Notes: generated by a model from the sequence alone, not told the origin. Counted from the first letter of the stretch, positions 20,635 to 30,239 are shown. The stretch: DNA of 64,000 nt from Oscillospiraceae bacterium (GCA_017848125.1 JAGAJY010000013.1:1555-65554), one strand, 5' to 3'. A program made the numbers and translations.

Positions 20635-21975
20635 ATGGCACCTTTACATCTTAACACTAAATATCTTGAAAGCTTTATTGCTCCTCATGAAATGGAAGCT
20701 GTCAAGGCTCAGGCTGAGCTGGCGGCTAAAACTCTTGAGGATAGATCGGGCGCAGGAAATGATTTTCTCGGCTGGCTGGATCTCCCTGTTGATTACGACA
20801 AGGACGAATTTGCGAGGATCAAGGCTGCGGCTAAGAAGATACAGTCCAATTCCGATATACTCATCGTTATCGGTATCGGCGGTTCGTATCTCGGCGCAAG
20901 AGCGGCTATCGAGCTTATGAAGTCGCCTCTTTACAACAACCTTAAGAAGGATACACCTGACATCTACTATGTGGGCAACAACATTTCTCCCACATATCTC
21001 AATGAGATAGTTTCCCTCTGCGAAGGCAAGGATTTCTCTGTTAACGTTATTTCCAAGTCAGGCACTACGACTGAGCCCGCTCTCGCATTCAGAGTGTTCA
21101 GAGCTCTCGTTGAAAAGCAGTACGGCAAGGAGGGCGCAAAGGAGAGAATATTTGCAACCACCGACAAGGCAAGAGGAACTCTCAAGGAGCTTTCCGACAA
21201 GGAAGGCTATGAGACTTTCGTTATTGCTGATGATGTAGGCGGAAGATATTCTGTGCTTACAGCAGTAGGTCTTCTTCCCATTGCCGTTGCAGGCTGCGAT
21301 ATTGACGCAGTTATGGCAGGTGCGGCTCAGGCGAGAGAGGAGCTCAAGGCAGGCTTTGACAGCAACGACTGCTACAAGTATGCGTCTATCAGAAATATCC
21401 TTTACAGAAAGGGCAAGTCTGTTGAGATCCTTGAAGCTTACGACCCCTCTTTTGCTATGATGGCAGAATGGTTCAAGCAGCTGTTCGGTGAGAGTGAGGG
21501 CAAGGATAATATGGGTATTTATCCTTCTTCCTGCATTTTCTCTACAGACCTTCATTCAATGGGTCAGTTCATTCAGGATGGCTCCAGAATGATGTTCGAG
21601 ACTGTTGTTGACATCAAGAAGCCCAAGCAGGATTTCTTCCTTGAGGACGACGAGCAGAATCTCGACGGTCTTAACTTCCTCACTAACCAGAATATGTCTG
21701 TTGTAAACAGATGCGCATTTGAGGGTACTATCCTCGCTCATACAGAGGGCGGTGTTCCCAATATCGTTCTCGAGCTTGAAGATACCACCGAAAAGAGCTT
21801 CGGATATATGGTTTACTTCTTTGAGAAGGCTTGTGCGGTAAGCGGATATATGCTCGGAATCAATCCTTTCAATCAGCCCGGTGTTGAGAGCTACAAGAAG
21901 AATATGTTCGCTCTCCTCGGCAAGCCCGGCTATGAGGATCAGAAATCTGCTCTTGAAGCAAAGCTCGGCAGATAA
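20635..21975 (+). CDS. pgi: Glucose-6-phosphate isomerase
   Basis: 446-aa ORF with [23 protein letters not shown] and FGESEGK motifs of the Firmicute-type PGI. Confidence 0.92.
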   Translation: MAPLHLNTKYLESFIAPHEMEAVKAQAELAAKTLEDRSGAGNDFLGWLDLPVDYDKDEFARIKAAAKKIQSNSDILIVIGIGGSYLGARAAIELMKSPLYNNLKKDTPDIYYVGNNISPTYLNEIVSLCEGKDFSVNVISKSGTTTEPALAFRVFRALVEKQYGKEGAKERIFATTDKARGTLKELSDKEGYETFVIADDVGGRYSVLTAVGLLPIAVAGCDIDAVMAGAAQAREELKAGFDSNDCYKYASIRNILYRKGKSVEILEAYDPSFAMMAEWFKQLFGESEGKDNMGIYPSSCIFSTDLHSMGQFIQDGSRMMFETVVDIKKPKQDFFLEDDEQNLDGLNFLTNQNMSVVNRCAFEGTILAHTEGGVPNIVLELEDTTEKSFGYMVYFFEKACAVSGYMLGINPFNQPGVESYKKNMFALLGKPGYEDQKSALEAKLGR

Positions 21976-22125
21976 TCAAGGCTTCTACCCTTCGGGGTGA
22001 TGATAGAAGGAGTTCGGCGCTTCTGACAGATTTTTCTGTCAGCCTGTACGGAAGAACAGCGGCTCTGTGCAGGTTAGGCGTTATGTGCTCCGAAAAAATT
22101 TCCTCCGCTGAGAATGGAGTATTTT

Positions 22126-22536
22126 ATGGTAAAGATTATTACAGGTAATAAGGGCTCAGGTAAGACCAAGATTCTCATTGATATGATCAATGCCGCATCG
22201 CAGAATACCGACGGCTATGTTGTCTGCATTGATAAGAGCGACAAGCTCAGATACGATATCGGTCACAGCGTAAGAATCGTTGAAACAGACGCTTACAGCA
22301 TCTATTCCTTCGAGGCTTTCTTCGGTCTTGTTGCGGGTCTTGTTGCAGGCAACTACGATATCAAGGATATCTTCGTTGATTCAATACTTAAGGTTGGCGG
22401 CGCTGACTATGAGGCTCTCGGAGCTCTCCTCGCTAAGATCGACAAGCTCACAGGAACAGATGTAAATGTTGTATTTACAGTTTCCGCTGACAAGGAAGAT
22501 CTTCCCGAGAGCGTTGTAAAGTACGCAGTTAAGTAA
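22126..22536 (+). CDS. Small stand-alone P-loop NTPase-like protein, function unknown
   Basis: 136 aa counted from MVKIITGNKGSGKTK (Walker A GxxGSGKT). A hydrophobic strand plus Asp (IFVDSI) is a candidate Walker B. I recognise no other domain. Confidence 0.55.
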   Translation: MVKIITGNKGSGKTKILIDMINAASQNTDGYVVCIDKSDKLRYDIGHSVRIVETDAYSIYSFEAFFGLVAGLVAGNYDIKDIFVDSILKVGGADYEALGALLAKIDKLTGTDVNVVFTVSADKEDLPESVVKYAVK

Positions 22537-22624
22537 TTTTTTAACAAAAAAATTCTCTCAGGCTATTGACATATCAGAAAGTGTATGATATAATATAGTT
22601 TGTGTGTTGGTGCAGGAGCGTATT

Positions 22625-23068
22625 ATGGTTATAGGCTTAAGACAGCTTTATGAAATTACAGGCGAAAGTCTTGATATTTCTTCGGAGGTTTCTCCCGAAA
22701 GGCTGAATGAAATACATGGTTATAGCTTTATCGGTCCTGTTAGTCTGAAAGGCATTGTACAGAACCGTGCAGGTGTTGTTTCACTGAACTACTGTGCGGA
22801 GCTTACTATCACTGCCGAATGTGACAGATGTCTGAGCGGCTTTGAACGCAGCTATTCATTTGATTTTGAGCATATTCTCGTCAGAAGCCTTAACGGTGAT
22901 AATGATGACTATGTTGTAACTGAAAATGATAAGCTTGAGCTGGACGAGCTTGCTGTTAATGACATTCTTCTGCAGATGCCGACAAAGCTGCTCTGCAAGG
23001 AGGACTGCAAGGGATTGTGTCCGAAATGCGGTGCGGATCTAAACATTTCCGACTGCAGCTGTGAATAA
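22625..23068 (+). CDS. yceD: YceD/DUF177 family protein (large-subunit rRNA accumulation protein)
   Basis: Lies immediately upstream of rpmF. The C-terminal CKEDCKGLCPKCGADLN cysteine motif is typical of DUF177. The ATG at 22625 follows an AGGAG. Confidence 0.8.
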   Translation: MVIGLRQLYEITGESLDISSEVSPERLNEIHGYSFIGPVSLKGIVQNRAGVVSLNYCAELTITAECDRCLSGFERSYSFDFEHILVRSLNGDNDDYVVTENDKLELDELAVNDILLQMPTKLLCKEDCKGLCPKCGADLNISDCSCE

Positions 23069-23154
23069 CAGAATGTCTCGGTGAAGGGAGTTATCCCGTT
23101 CATTGCAGGCTGTCAGGAATTTGATTATCTTAAATGTTAAGGAGGTGCTGGATA

Positions 23155-23337
23155 ATGGCAGTACCAAAGAGAAAGGTTTCCAAGGCAAGACGTGATAAGA
23201 GACGTTCCGCTGTATGGAAGCTTGACACCCCCGCTTTTTCAAGATGCTCACACTGCGGCGAGCTTACCGCTCCTCACAAGGTTTGCAAGAACTGCGGATA
23301 TTACAAGGGCGTTGAGGTAATTAAGAAGGAAGCGTAA
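23155..23337 (+). CDS. rpmF: 50S ribosomal protein L32
   Basis: MAVPKRKVSKARRDKRR... with a CxxC...CxxC zinc ribbon (CSHCGE...CKNCG). 60 aa counted from the internal Met. Confidence 0.95.
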   Translation: MAVPKRKVSKARRDKRRSAVWKLDTPAFSRCSHCGELTAPHKVCKNCGYYKGVEVIKKEA

Positions 23338-23350
23338 TTATGTTTCCCCG

Positions 23351-23386
23351 AAAGCAGAGCAGGAGCAATCCTTCTCTGCTTTTTTC
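23351..23386 (+). terminator. Rho-independent terminator after rpmF
   Basis: Stem AGCAGAG / CTCTGCT followed by a T6 run. Confidence 0.65.
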
Positions 23387-23410
23387 TTAAAAACGTTATG
23401 CGGAGGTCAT

Positions 23411-24706
23411 ATGTCTGCTGAAATTACAGGTGTTGTAATCGGTTCTCCTGCCGACAAATGCGGCGTAAAAAAGGGAGATATACTTGTGTCCGTAAACGGT
23501 CATAAGGTAAATGATGTGCTGGATTATATGTATTATTCCTCGGAAAGTACGGTTGTACTTCTTCTAAAAAGGCAGGATAAGCATATATTTCTGAAGCTCA
23601 GGAAAAGTGAATATGACGATCTCGGTCTGGAATTTGATACGTTTCTTATGGATAAAAAACAGAGCTGCTGCAATAAATGCGTTTTCTGCTTTATTGACCA
23701 GATGCCTGAGGGTATGAGAGAAACGCTTTATTTCAAGGACGATGACGCCCGACTGTCTTTTCTGCACGGGAACTATGTCACTCTGACAAATTTAAGGCAG
23801 GAGGATATAGACCGAATTATCCGAATGAAGCTTAATGTGAATATTTCTGTTCATACGACCAATCCCGAGCTTAGGTGCGAGATGATGCACAATCGCTTTG
23901 CGGGAGAAAAGCTTGATTATCTCAGACAGCTTTCTGAGGCAGGTATCTCTATGAACTGCCAGATAGTTCTATGCCCCGGGCTTAATGACGGTGATGAGCT
24001 TCGGCGGACTCTCACAGACCTTGGAAATCTTATGCCGAATATCAGCAGTGTAGCCATTGTTCCTGTTGGTCTGACAAAATTCCGAGAGGGTCTTTATCCT
24101 CTGACAATGTTTGACAAAGAGGGCGCAGAAAAAGCCATTGATATTATCAGCGGTTTTCAGGAAAAATTTCTGCACGAATACGGCACACGGCTTGTTTTTG
24201 CTTCGGACGAGCTGTATCTTACGGCAGGAATACCTATTCCCGACGGGGATTTTTATGAGGAATATCCTCAGTATGAAAACGGAGTGGGAATGATACGTTC
24301 CCTTTATGATGAATTTTTCGAGGCTCTCCAAGCGGAAAACGGCAATTTTTCTGAGCGTGATGTTTCAATTGCAACAGGAGCCGCCGCTTATGAGCTTATT
24401 TCAGAGCTTGCGGATGCAGCCGAAAAAAAATTCGGTCTGCGGTGCAGGGTATATAAGATTATAAATCATTTCTTCGGGGAAACAATAACCGTAACAGGGC
24501 TTCTTACGGCAGGAGATATTATTTCTCAGCTAAAGGGTAAGGAGCTGGGGGACGAGCTTTTGCTGTCAAAATCAATGGTTATTCACGGGGGCGACCTTTT
24601 CCTTGATGATATGACTTCATCTGATGTGGAAAAACAGCTTGGCGTAAGGCTGGGATTTACCGAAAACAACGGTCATACTCTCCTTGCCGCCATGCTTGGA
24701 AAATAG
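23411..24706 (+). CDS. DUF512 radical-SAM-like protein with an N-terminal PDZ domain
   Basis: 431-aa ORF. The N-terminal PDZ-like region reads GSPADKCGVKKGDILVSVNGHKV. The CCNKCVFCFIDQMP cysteine motif is followed by the DUF512 region. The position upstream of der is typical for Clostridia. Confidence 0.75.
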   Translation: MSAEITGVVIGSPADKCGVKKGDILVSVNGHKVNDVLDYMYYSSESTVVLLLKRQDKHIFLKLRKSEYDDLGLEFDTFLMDKKQSCCNKCVFCFIDQMPEGMRETLYFKDDDARLSFLHGNYVTLTNLRQEDIDRIIRMKLNVNISVHTTNPELRCEMMHNRFAGEKLDYLRQLSEAGISMNCQIVLCPGLNDGDELRRTLTDLGNLMPNISSVAIVPVGLTKFREGLYPLTMFDKEGAEKAIDIISGFQEKFLHEYGTRLVFASDELYLTAGIPIPDGDFYEEYPQYENGVGMIRSLYDEFFEALQAENGNFSERDVSIATGAAAYELISELADAAEKKFGLRCRVYKIINHFFGETITVTGLLTAGDIISQLKGKELGDELLLSKSMVIHGGDLFLDDMTSSDVEKQLGVRLGFTENNGHTLLAAMLGK

Positions 24707-24734
24707 ATTTTATGATGTGAAAGAGGGTAATGCA

Positions 24735-26063
24735 ATGCTGCCTATTCTTGCGATAGTCGGACGACCTAATGTTGGAAAGTCCACACTGTTCAATAAGCTT
24801 ACAGGTAAGCGGCTGTCAATTGTCGAGGATACCCCCGGTGTTACAAGAGACAGAATTTATTCAAAATGCGAATGGCGCAACAGGGAATTTATGATAGTTG
24901 ATACAGGCGGAATCGAGCCTGCAAGCGATGATATTATTCTTTCCCAGATGAGACGACAGGCTCAGGTTGCCATTGAAAAGGCTGATGTTATTGTGTTTCT
25001 TACCGACATTCGCTGCGGAGTTACCGCTGATGATTATGAAGTTGCTTCTATGCTTCTCAAATGCGGAAAGCCTATTATTCTTGCAGTCAACAAGTGCGAT
25101 AGTATCGGTGAGCCGCCCCCTGATTTCTATGAGTTCTACAATCTGGGATTGGGCGACCCCATAGCTGTATCCGCACAGCACGGACACGGCTCGGGTGACC
25201 TCCTTGATGAGGTGTTCAGTCATTTCCCTGATGAGGGCGAGGACGAATACAATGACGATTATGTAAAGGTCGCCGTTATCGGTAAGCCTAATGTGGGAAA
25301 ATCCTCACTTATCAACCGAATAGCAGGCGAGGAGCGTGTTATTGTTTCTGATATTGCAGGAACTACAAGAGATGCTACCGATACCGTTATCGAAAATGAG
25401 AACGGTAAATATGTCTTTATCGACACCGCAGGAATCAGAAGAAAATCAAAGGTTACCGAAAAAATCGAGCATTACAGCGTTCTCAGAGCGTATATGGCTG
25501 TTGACCGCTCTGATGTTTGCATTATCGTGATCGACGCTCTTGTGGGCTTTACCGATCAGGATTCCAAGGTTGCGGGATATGCTCATGAGCAGGGAAAAGC
25601 GTGTATCGTTGCGGTAAACAAGTGGGACGCTCTGGAAAAGGATTCCAATACAATGGACGAATTTACCAATGAGCTGAAGGAAAAATTCAGCTTTATGTCC
25701 TATGTTCCTTTCATATTCATTTCAGCAAAGACCGGTCAGCGTGTTGATAAGCTCTATCCTCTCATCAACAGTGTAAATTCTCAGAACTCTATGAGAATTA
25801 CCACTGGAATGCTCAATGATGTTCTTTCTTATGCTACCACAAGAGTTCAGCCGCCCTCCGATAAGGGCAAGAGGCTCAAGATATATTATATGACTCAGGC
25901 TTCAACCAAGCCGCCTACGTTTGTTGTGTTTGTAAACCGTGCTGACCTTTTCCATTTCTCATATCAGCGTTATATTGAGAATCAGATACGTCAGACCTTC
26001 GGACTTACAGGAACACCTGTCCGCTTTGTTATAAGAGAGCGTGACAACAGCGATACAAAATAA
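24735..26063 (+). CDS. der: Ribosome-biogenesis GTPase Der (EngA), tandem GTPase domains
   Basis: I start the gene at MLPILAIVGRPNVGKSTLFN (first G1 motif). The second G1 motif is VAVIGKPNVGKSSLIN. A C-terminal KH-like domain follows. Confidence 0.93.
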   Translation: MLPILAIVGRPNVGKSTLFNKLTGKRLSIVEDTPGVTRDRIYSKCEWRNREFMIVDTGGIEPASDDIILSQMRRQAQVAIEKADVIVFLTDIRCGVTADDYEVASMLLKCGKPIILAVNKCDSIGEPPPDFYEFYNLGLGDPIAVSAQHGHGSGDLLDEVFSHFPDEGEDEYNDDYVKVAVIGKPNVGKSSLINRIAGEERVIVSDIAGTTRDATDTVIENENGKYVFIDTAGIRRKSKVTEKIEHYSVLRAYMAVDRSDVCIIVIDALVGFTDQDSKVAGYAHEQGKACIVAVNKWDALEKDSNTMDEFTNELKEKFSFMSYVPFIFISAKTGQRVDKLYPLINSVNSQNSMRITTGMLNDVLSYATTRVQPPSDKGKRLKIYYMTQASTKPPTFVVFVNRADLFHFSYQRYIENQIRQTFGLTGTPVRFVIRERDNSDTK

Positions 26064-26065
26064 TC

Positions 26066-26084
26066 GGCAGATGATTTATCTGCC
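26066..26084. repeat. 19-nt palindrome GGCAGAT-GATTT-ATCTGCC (copy 1), immediately after the der stop codon
   Basis: 7-bp arms with a 5-nt centre. It matches the copy at 26227-26245 at 17 of 19 positions. Confidence 0.7.
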
Positions 26085-26226
26085 TCAGCGTGTCGCTGAA
26101 CCCACCTCGTTGGTAAGATAGCAAAAGATTTACTGCTTTGTAGCTCGGTAACCTTCGTATTTATGTGGTCTAACCGAGCTGCATATTGGATAAAAAACAG
26201 TATGAATGACTTTTTTGACAGTCTGC

Positions 26227-26245
26227 GGCAGATAGTTTATCTGCC
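26227..26245. repeat. 19-nt palindrome GGCAGAT-AGTTT-ATCTGCC (copy 2), just upstream of plsY
   Basis: It has the same arms as copy 1, and both copies are preceded by a C. It lies just downstream of a TTGACA hexamer at 26214-26219. Confidence 0.7.
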
Positions 26246-26277
26246 TGTAATAAATCCGTAAGGGGTTGTATAATTTA

Positions 26278-26985
26278 ATGATGATTCTCACATTGCTTGT
26301 TACTGCAGTCATATCATATCTTCTGGGAAGCTGTAACAGCGCCATTATAACAGTCAGGCTTCTGAAGCACGAGGATATAAGAGAACACGGAAGTAAAAAC
26401 GCAGGGCTTACAAATACTCTGCGCTGCTATGGTAAAGTGCCTGCTCTTATCACCCTCGTTGGAGACCTTGCCAAGGGAATAATCGCAGCATTTCTATCCC
26501 TTCAGATAGCAAAGCTGCTTATGGGTGCGGACTATGAAAGCGTTTATTTTCTTGACAGACGTGCAATAGGCTATATTTCAGGCTTTTTCTCTATCCTCGG
26601 TCACATTTTTCCACTGTATTACGGCTTCAAGGGCGGAAAGGGCGTTCTTGTTTCATGCTCGATACTGCTTGTTATCGACCCGATAACCTTCTGTATTGTT
26701 ATCCCGTTCTTTATTATAGTCGTGGCTGTTTCGAGATATGTTTCCCTCGGCTCGATACTTGCGGCAGCAGTTTATCCCATTATCACATTCTTTGTTCACT
26801 ATTTCATCTATCATATTGATATGACTCATTCGCTGCTTCATACAGGGCTGGTTGTCGGAACAAGCGCACTTCTGATATATATGCACCGTTCCAATATCCA
26901 GAGACTGAAAAACGGTACAGAAAACAAATTCGGCAGCAAGAAAAAGGATAACGGCGTAATGAATGATTCAGACGAAGTAAAATAA
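26278..26985 (+). CDS. plsY: Glycerol-3-phosphate acyltransferase PlsY (acyl-phosphate dependent)
   Basis: Polytopic membrane ORF with HGSKNAGLTN and FKGGKGV motifs of PlsY. I prefer the ATG at 26278 (12 nt after AAGGGG) to the TTG at 26266. Confidence 0.85.
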   Translation: MMILTLLVTAVISYLLGSCNSAIITVRLLKHEDIREHGSKNAGLTNTLRCYGKVPALITLVGDLAKGIIAAFLSLQIAKLLMGADYESVYFLDRRAIGYISGFFSILGHIFPLYYGFKGGKGVLVSCSILLVIDPITFCIVIPFFIIVVAVSRYVSLGSILAAAVYPIITFFVHYFIYHIDMTHSLLHTGLVVGTSALLIYMHRSNIQRLKNGTENKFGSKKKDNGVMNDSDEVK

Positions 26986-26997
26986 GGAGGGCTTGTT

Positions 26998-28011
26998 ATG
27001 GAAAAAAAGAATATTCTTGTTCTCGGTTCGGGCGGCTTCGGACTCAGCCTTGCGGTAATGCTCAACAGTATGGGACACGAGGTCACAGTATGGTCAAAGT
27101 TCACCTCCGAGCTTGATGATATCAGACGTGACGGAGAAAATAAGGCTAAGCTTCCCGGCGTAAAGATAAGTGAAAAGATAAAACTTACCGATGATATTTC
27201 CGAGGTCAAGGGAAAGGACCTTGTGATTTTCGGTATTCCCGTTAATTTTGTAAGGTCTGTAGCCAAGGAGGCTGCTCCTTATCTTGACAGCGAAACTGTT
27301 CTTGTAAACACAGGAAAAGGTCTTGAGGGCGGTTCACTTAAATTTATCAGTCAGGTAATATTTGAGGAAACCGGCAAAAAGATCGTTGTTCTCACAGGTC
27401 CTTCTCACGCAGAGGAGGTTGCTATCGGAATGCCCACAACGGTAATAGCCGCTTCCGAGATTACTGCACAGGCTGAATATGTGCAGAACGTTATGTCCAA
27501 CAGCACTCTGCGAATCTATAACAATGACGATGTTATCGGCTGTGAAATAGGCGGTGCATTGAAAAATGTTATTGCTCTTTGTGCAGGCATATGTGACGGT
27601 ATGGGCTTCGGCGACAATACCAAGGCGGCTCTTATGACCCGTGGAATCTGGGAAATTTCACGACTGGGCGCTGCACTTGGCGGAAAAACAGAGACCTTTG
27701 CAGGTCTTTCGGGAATAGGCGACCTTATCGTTACCTGTACAAGTATGCACAGCCGCAACAGACGTGCGGGAATACTTATCGGACAGGGCGTTGACCCTGA
27801 CGAGGCTGTGAAGCAGGTGGGAACTGTTGAAGGCTATTTCTGCACAAAGGCGGCATATGAGCTTTCCAGAAAATGCGGGATATGCCTGCCTATTACCGAG
27901 AAGTGCTATAATGTGCTTTATAACGGTGCTGACCCCAGAGAGGCTATCCGAGAGCTTATGGACAGACCTATGCGTGACGAAAGCGAGCTCTGCTTCTATG
28001 ATTTGAAATAA
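26998..28011 (+). CDS. gpsA: NAD(P)H-dependent glycerol-3-phosphate dehydrogenase
   Basis: 337-aa ORF with an N-terminal Rossmann motif LGSGGFG and the GALKNVIA and GLSGIGDLIVTC motifs of GpsA. Confidence 0.92.
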   Translation: MEKKNILVLGSGGFGLSLAVMLNSMGHEVTVWSKFTSELDDIRRDGENKAKLPGVKISEKIKLTDDISEVKGKDLVIFGIPVNFVRSVAKEAAPYLDSETVLVNTGKGLEGGSLKFISQVIFEETGKKIVVLTGPSHAEEVAIGMPTTVIAASEITAQAEYVQNVMSNSTLRIYNNDDVIGCEIGGALKNVIALCAGICDGMGFGDNTKAALMTRGIWEISRLGAALGGKTETFAGLSGIGDLIVTCTSMHSRNRRAGILIGQGVDPDEAVKQVGTVEGYFCTKAAYELSRKCGICLPITEKCYNVLYNGADPREAIRELMDRPMRDESELCFYDLK

Positions 28012-28024
28012 TACTGAGTATTTT

Positions 28025-28064
28025 GCCTGAGAGGACGATATGTTCTCTCAGGCTTTTTTATTTT
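28025..28064 (+). terminator. Rho-independent terminator after gpsA
   Basis: 9-bp stem GCCTGAGAG / CTCTCAGGC followed by TTTTTTATTTT. Confidence 0.8.
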
Positions 28065-28079
28065 GCAAAAAAAAAATCT

Positions 28080-28108
28080 GTATATTTTCATCTGACTGTG
28101 AATAGAAT
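28080..28108 (+). promoter_or_regulatory. Sigma-E-like promoter for the spoIIIA operon
   Basis: GTATATT (6/7 to KMATATT), a 14-nt spacer, then AATAGAAT (6/8 to CATACAHT), 46 nt upstream of spoIIIAA. The spoIIIA operon is sigma-E dependent in B. subtilis. Confidence 0.4.
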
Positions 28109-28153
28109 GTACAAACAGAAAAGACAAGCAGGCAAAATGAAAGGAATGATAAA

Positions 28154-29095
28154 ATGGCGGTAAATCCAAGCATACTCAGATATTTCAGTCAGGCTGTTTC
28201 AAGGGCTTTATCGGGAACAGCCGCAGCAATAAATGAGATCAGACTGCGGACAGGGCAGCCTTTAGCGGTAACATTATCCGATAAAACAAGCTTTCTTACT
28301 GCAAACGGCTGTCTGACGGAAATGCCCGAAAGAGCGCTGAAAATAACAGCCGATGATATAAGGCACTGCTTTGAAGCGGTCTGCCGGTATTCGGTGCACA
28401 GCTGTCAGAATCAGATAAACAACGGTTTTGTTACCGTTTCGGGCGGACACAGGGCAGGACTTTGCGGTACAGCCGTGTATTCCCCTGACGGCAGGATAGA
28501 AAATATCAAATACATAAACGGTATAAATTTCCGTATAGCAGGAGAAGCCATAAGTGCGGCTGACGAAATTATGCAGAGAATTATGAGTGACGGACTGAAA
28601 AGTATCATTGTATTCGGTGCTCCCTGTTCGGGAAAAACAACGATTCTCCGTGACCTGTGCCGTCAGGTCGGGGATAAATATCCTGTTTCGCTCATTGATG
28701 AACGCTTTGAGATAGCGTCGGTAAGCGGTGCAAATGTAAATAACAGAGTAGGGGCAAATACCGATGTTTTCAGTGGATTTACAAAGCCTGACGGAATAAA
28801 TACAGCTGTTCGTGTAATGTCTCCGAGAATGATAATATGTGATGAGATAGGCTCGGACGAGGATATTTCAGCTCTGAAAAAAGCAAGGACAAGCGGTGTG
28901 AGGATCGCTGCCTCAGTTCACAGCGGTACAGTTGAGGAGCTTTTGACGGGAAAGGTCTTTTCATTGATAGAGGAAGGAATGTTTGAGTATGCGGTTTATA
29001 TCCGTGACAGAAAAATCAGCGGAATATTCACTGCACAGGAGCTGTACCGTCTGTCTAAGGAACACATAAAAGGGGCATCAATGAGGAGGATATGA
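28154..29095 (+). CDS. spoIIIAA: Stage III sporulation protein AA (secretion-type ATPase)
   Basis: 313-aa ORF with Walker A FGAPCSGKTT. It is the first gene of an eight-gene spoIIIA-type operon. Confidence 0.88.
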   Translation: MAVNPSILRYFSQAVSRALSGTAAAINEIRLRTGQPLAVTLSDKTSFLTANGCLTEMPERALKITADDIRHCFEAVCRYSVHSCQNQINNGFVTVSGGHRAGLCGTAVYSPDGRIENIKYINGINFRIAGEAISAADEIMQRIMSDGLKSIIVFGAPCSGKTTILRDLCRQVGDKYPVSLIDERFEIASVSGANVNNRVGANTDVFSGFTKPDGINTAVRVMSPRMIICDEIGSDEDISALKKARTSGVRIAASVHSGTVEELLTGKVFSLIEEGMFEYAVYIRDRKISGIFTAQELYRLSKEHIKGASMRRI

Positions 29096-29096
29096 A

Positions 29097-29618
29097 ATGA
29101 TACGGATCATAGGGATAACACTTTTACTTATAATGTCAATACTCACAGGCTCGTGGGCGGCGCAGGGGCTTAAAGCACGTCTTGACGACCTGAGGGCTGT
29201 CAGGCATATGCTTGAAGCAATACGTCTTATGATAAGGTATGAGGCGCTTGAAGTCACAGAAATAGCGGACAGGCTTTCGGACAATAATGAGGTGTCAAGG
29301 CTGAAATTTATCGGAGCGGTCGGAGAGCTTTCCCGTGAGGATGTAGAAAAGGGCGAAATGTCGTTTTGCGAAGCGTGGGACAAGGCTGTTTCGGAAAATC
29401 ACGGCAGTCTGACAGATGCGGATATTTCCGTCATTTCAAGAGCAGGAAACATTCTCGGCACATGTGACTGTGAGGGTCAGCTTTCGGCAATGGCACTTTT
29501 ATGCAATGAAGCCGATAAGCTCATTGAGGAGGCGAAGGAACAGTATCTTGCAAAGGGTAAGCTGTACAGAGCCTTGGGTGCAGTTGCGGGAGCACTTCTT
29601 GCGGTTATTGCCATTTAA
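29097..29618 (+). CDS. spoIIIAB: Stage III sporulation protein AB
   Basis: 173-aa ORF with N- and C-terminal TM helices. Called from its position and size in the spoIIIA operon. Confidence 0.8.
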   Translation: MIRIIGITLLLIMSILTGSWAAQGLKARLDDLRAVRHMLEAIRLMIRYEALEVTEIADRLSDNNEVSRLKFIGAVGELSREDVEKGEMSFCEAWDKAVSENHGSLTDADISVISRAGNILGTCDCEGQLSAMALLCNEADKLIEEAKEQYLAKGKLYRALGAVAGALLAVIAI

Positions 29619-29638
29619 CGTGAAAGGACGGAAAAGCA

Positions 29639-29833
29639 ATGGATATCGAACTTATTTTCAAGGTTGCGGGAGTAGGGATAATCGTTTCGGTGCTGAATAT
29701 TCTTCTGAAAAAGGCAGAGCGTGACGAACAGGCGCTGATGACTACTCTTGCAGGTCTTGTGGTAGTGCTTATGCTTCTGATAGACGAGATAGGTCAGCTG
29801 TTTGAGACCGTCCGTGAGACCTTCGGTATATAG
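29639..29833 (+). CDS. spoIIIAC: Stage III sporulation protein AC
   Basis: 64-aa two-TM protein (MDIELIFKVAGVGIIVSVLNILLKKAERDEQA...), typical of SpoIIIAC. Confidence 0.85.
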   Translation: MDIELIFKVAGVGIIVSVLNILLKKAERDEQALMTTLAGLVVVLMLLIDEIGQLFETVRETFGI

Positions 29834-29835
29834 CT

Positions 29836-30231
29836 ATGACAGGTGAAAAGCTTGTAATGATAGCAGGTGTATGCATATTCGCTTCGGCTGTGTGCCGCAT
29901 ATTTGACAACGGTGCAAAGGAATACGGCATTCTTGTTAAAACTGCCGTAATAGCGGTTATCTCTGCGGCGGTAATAAGCGGTCTGATTCCTGTGACGGAA
30001 AAGATCTGCGAGCTCTGCAGCGGTATTCCGTCAGGAAGCGAATACCTTGCAATTCTGTTAAAGGGACTTGGGATATGCTATCTGACTCAGCTTGCCTCTG
30101 ATGTCTGCAAGGACAGCGGTGAAGGCTCTCTTGCGGTGCAGGCTGAAACAGCAGGAAAGACTGCTTTGCTGATAATAGCTTTCCCGCTGTTTGAAAAGGT
30201 CTCGGAGCTGGCAGTAGGGCTTATAAACTGA
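29836..30231 (+). CDS. spoIIIAD: Stage III sporulation protein AD
   Basis: 131-aa polytopic protein that follows spoIIIAC with a 2-nt gap. Confidence 0.8.
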   Translation: MTGEKLVMIAGVCIFASAVCRIFDNGAKEYGILVKTAVIAVISAAVISGLIPVTEKICELCSGIPSGSEYLAILLKGLGICYLTQLASDVCKDSGEGSLAVQAETAGKTALLIIAFPLFEKVSELAVGLIN

Positions 30232-30239
30232 AAAGGACA

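Noticed and set aside
26130-26345. A 71-aa minus-strand ORF covering the der-plsY spacer.
   Set aside because: It starts inside plsY on the opposite strand, has no RBS, and its product has no recognisable features. The spacer is better explained as non-coding.
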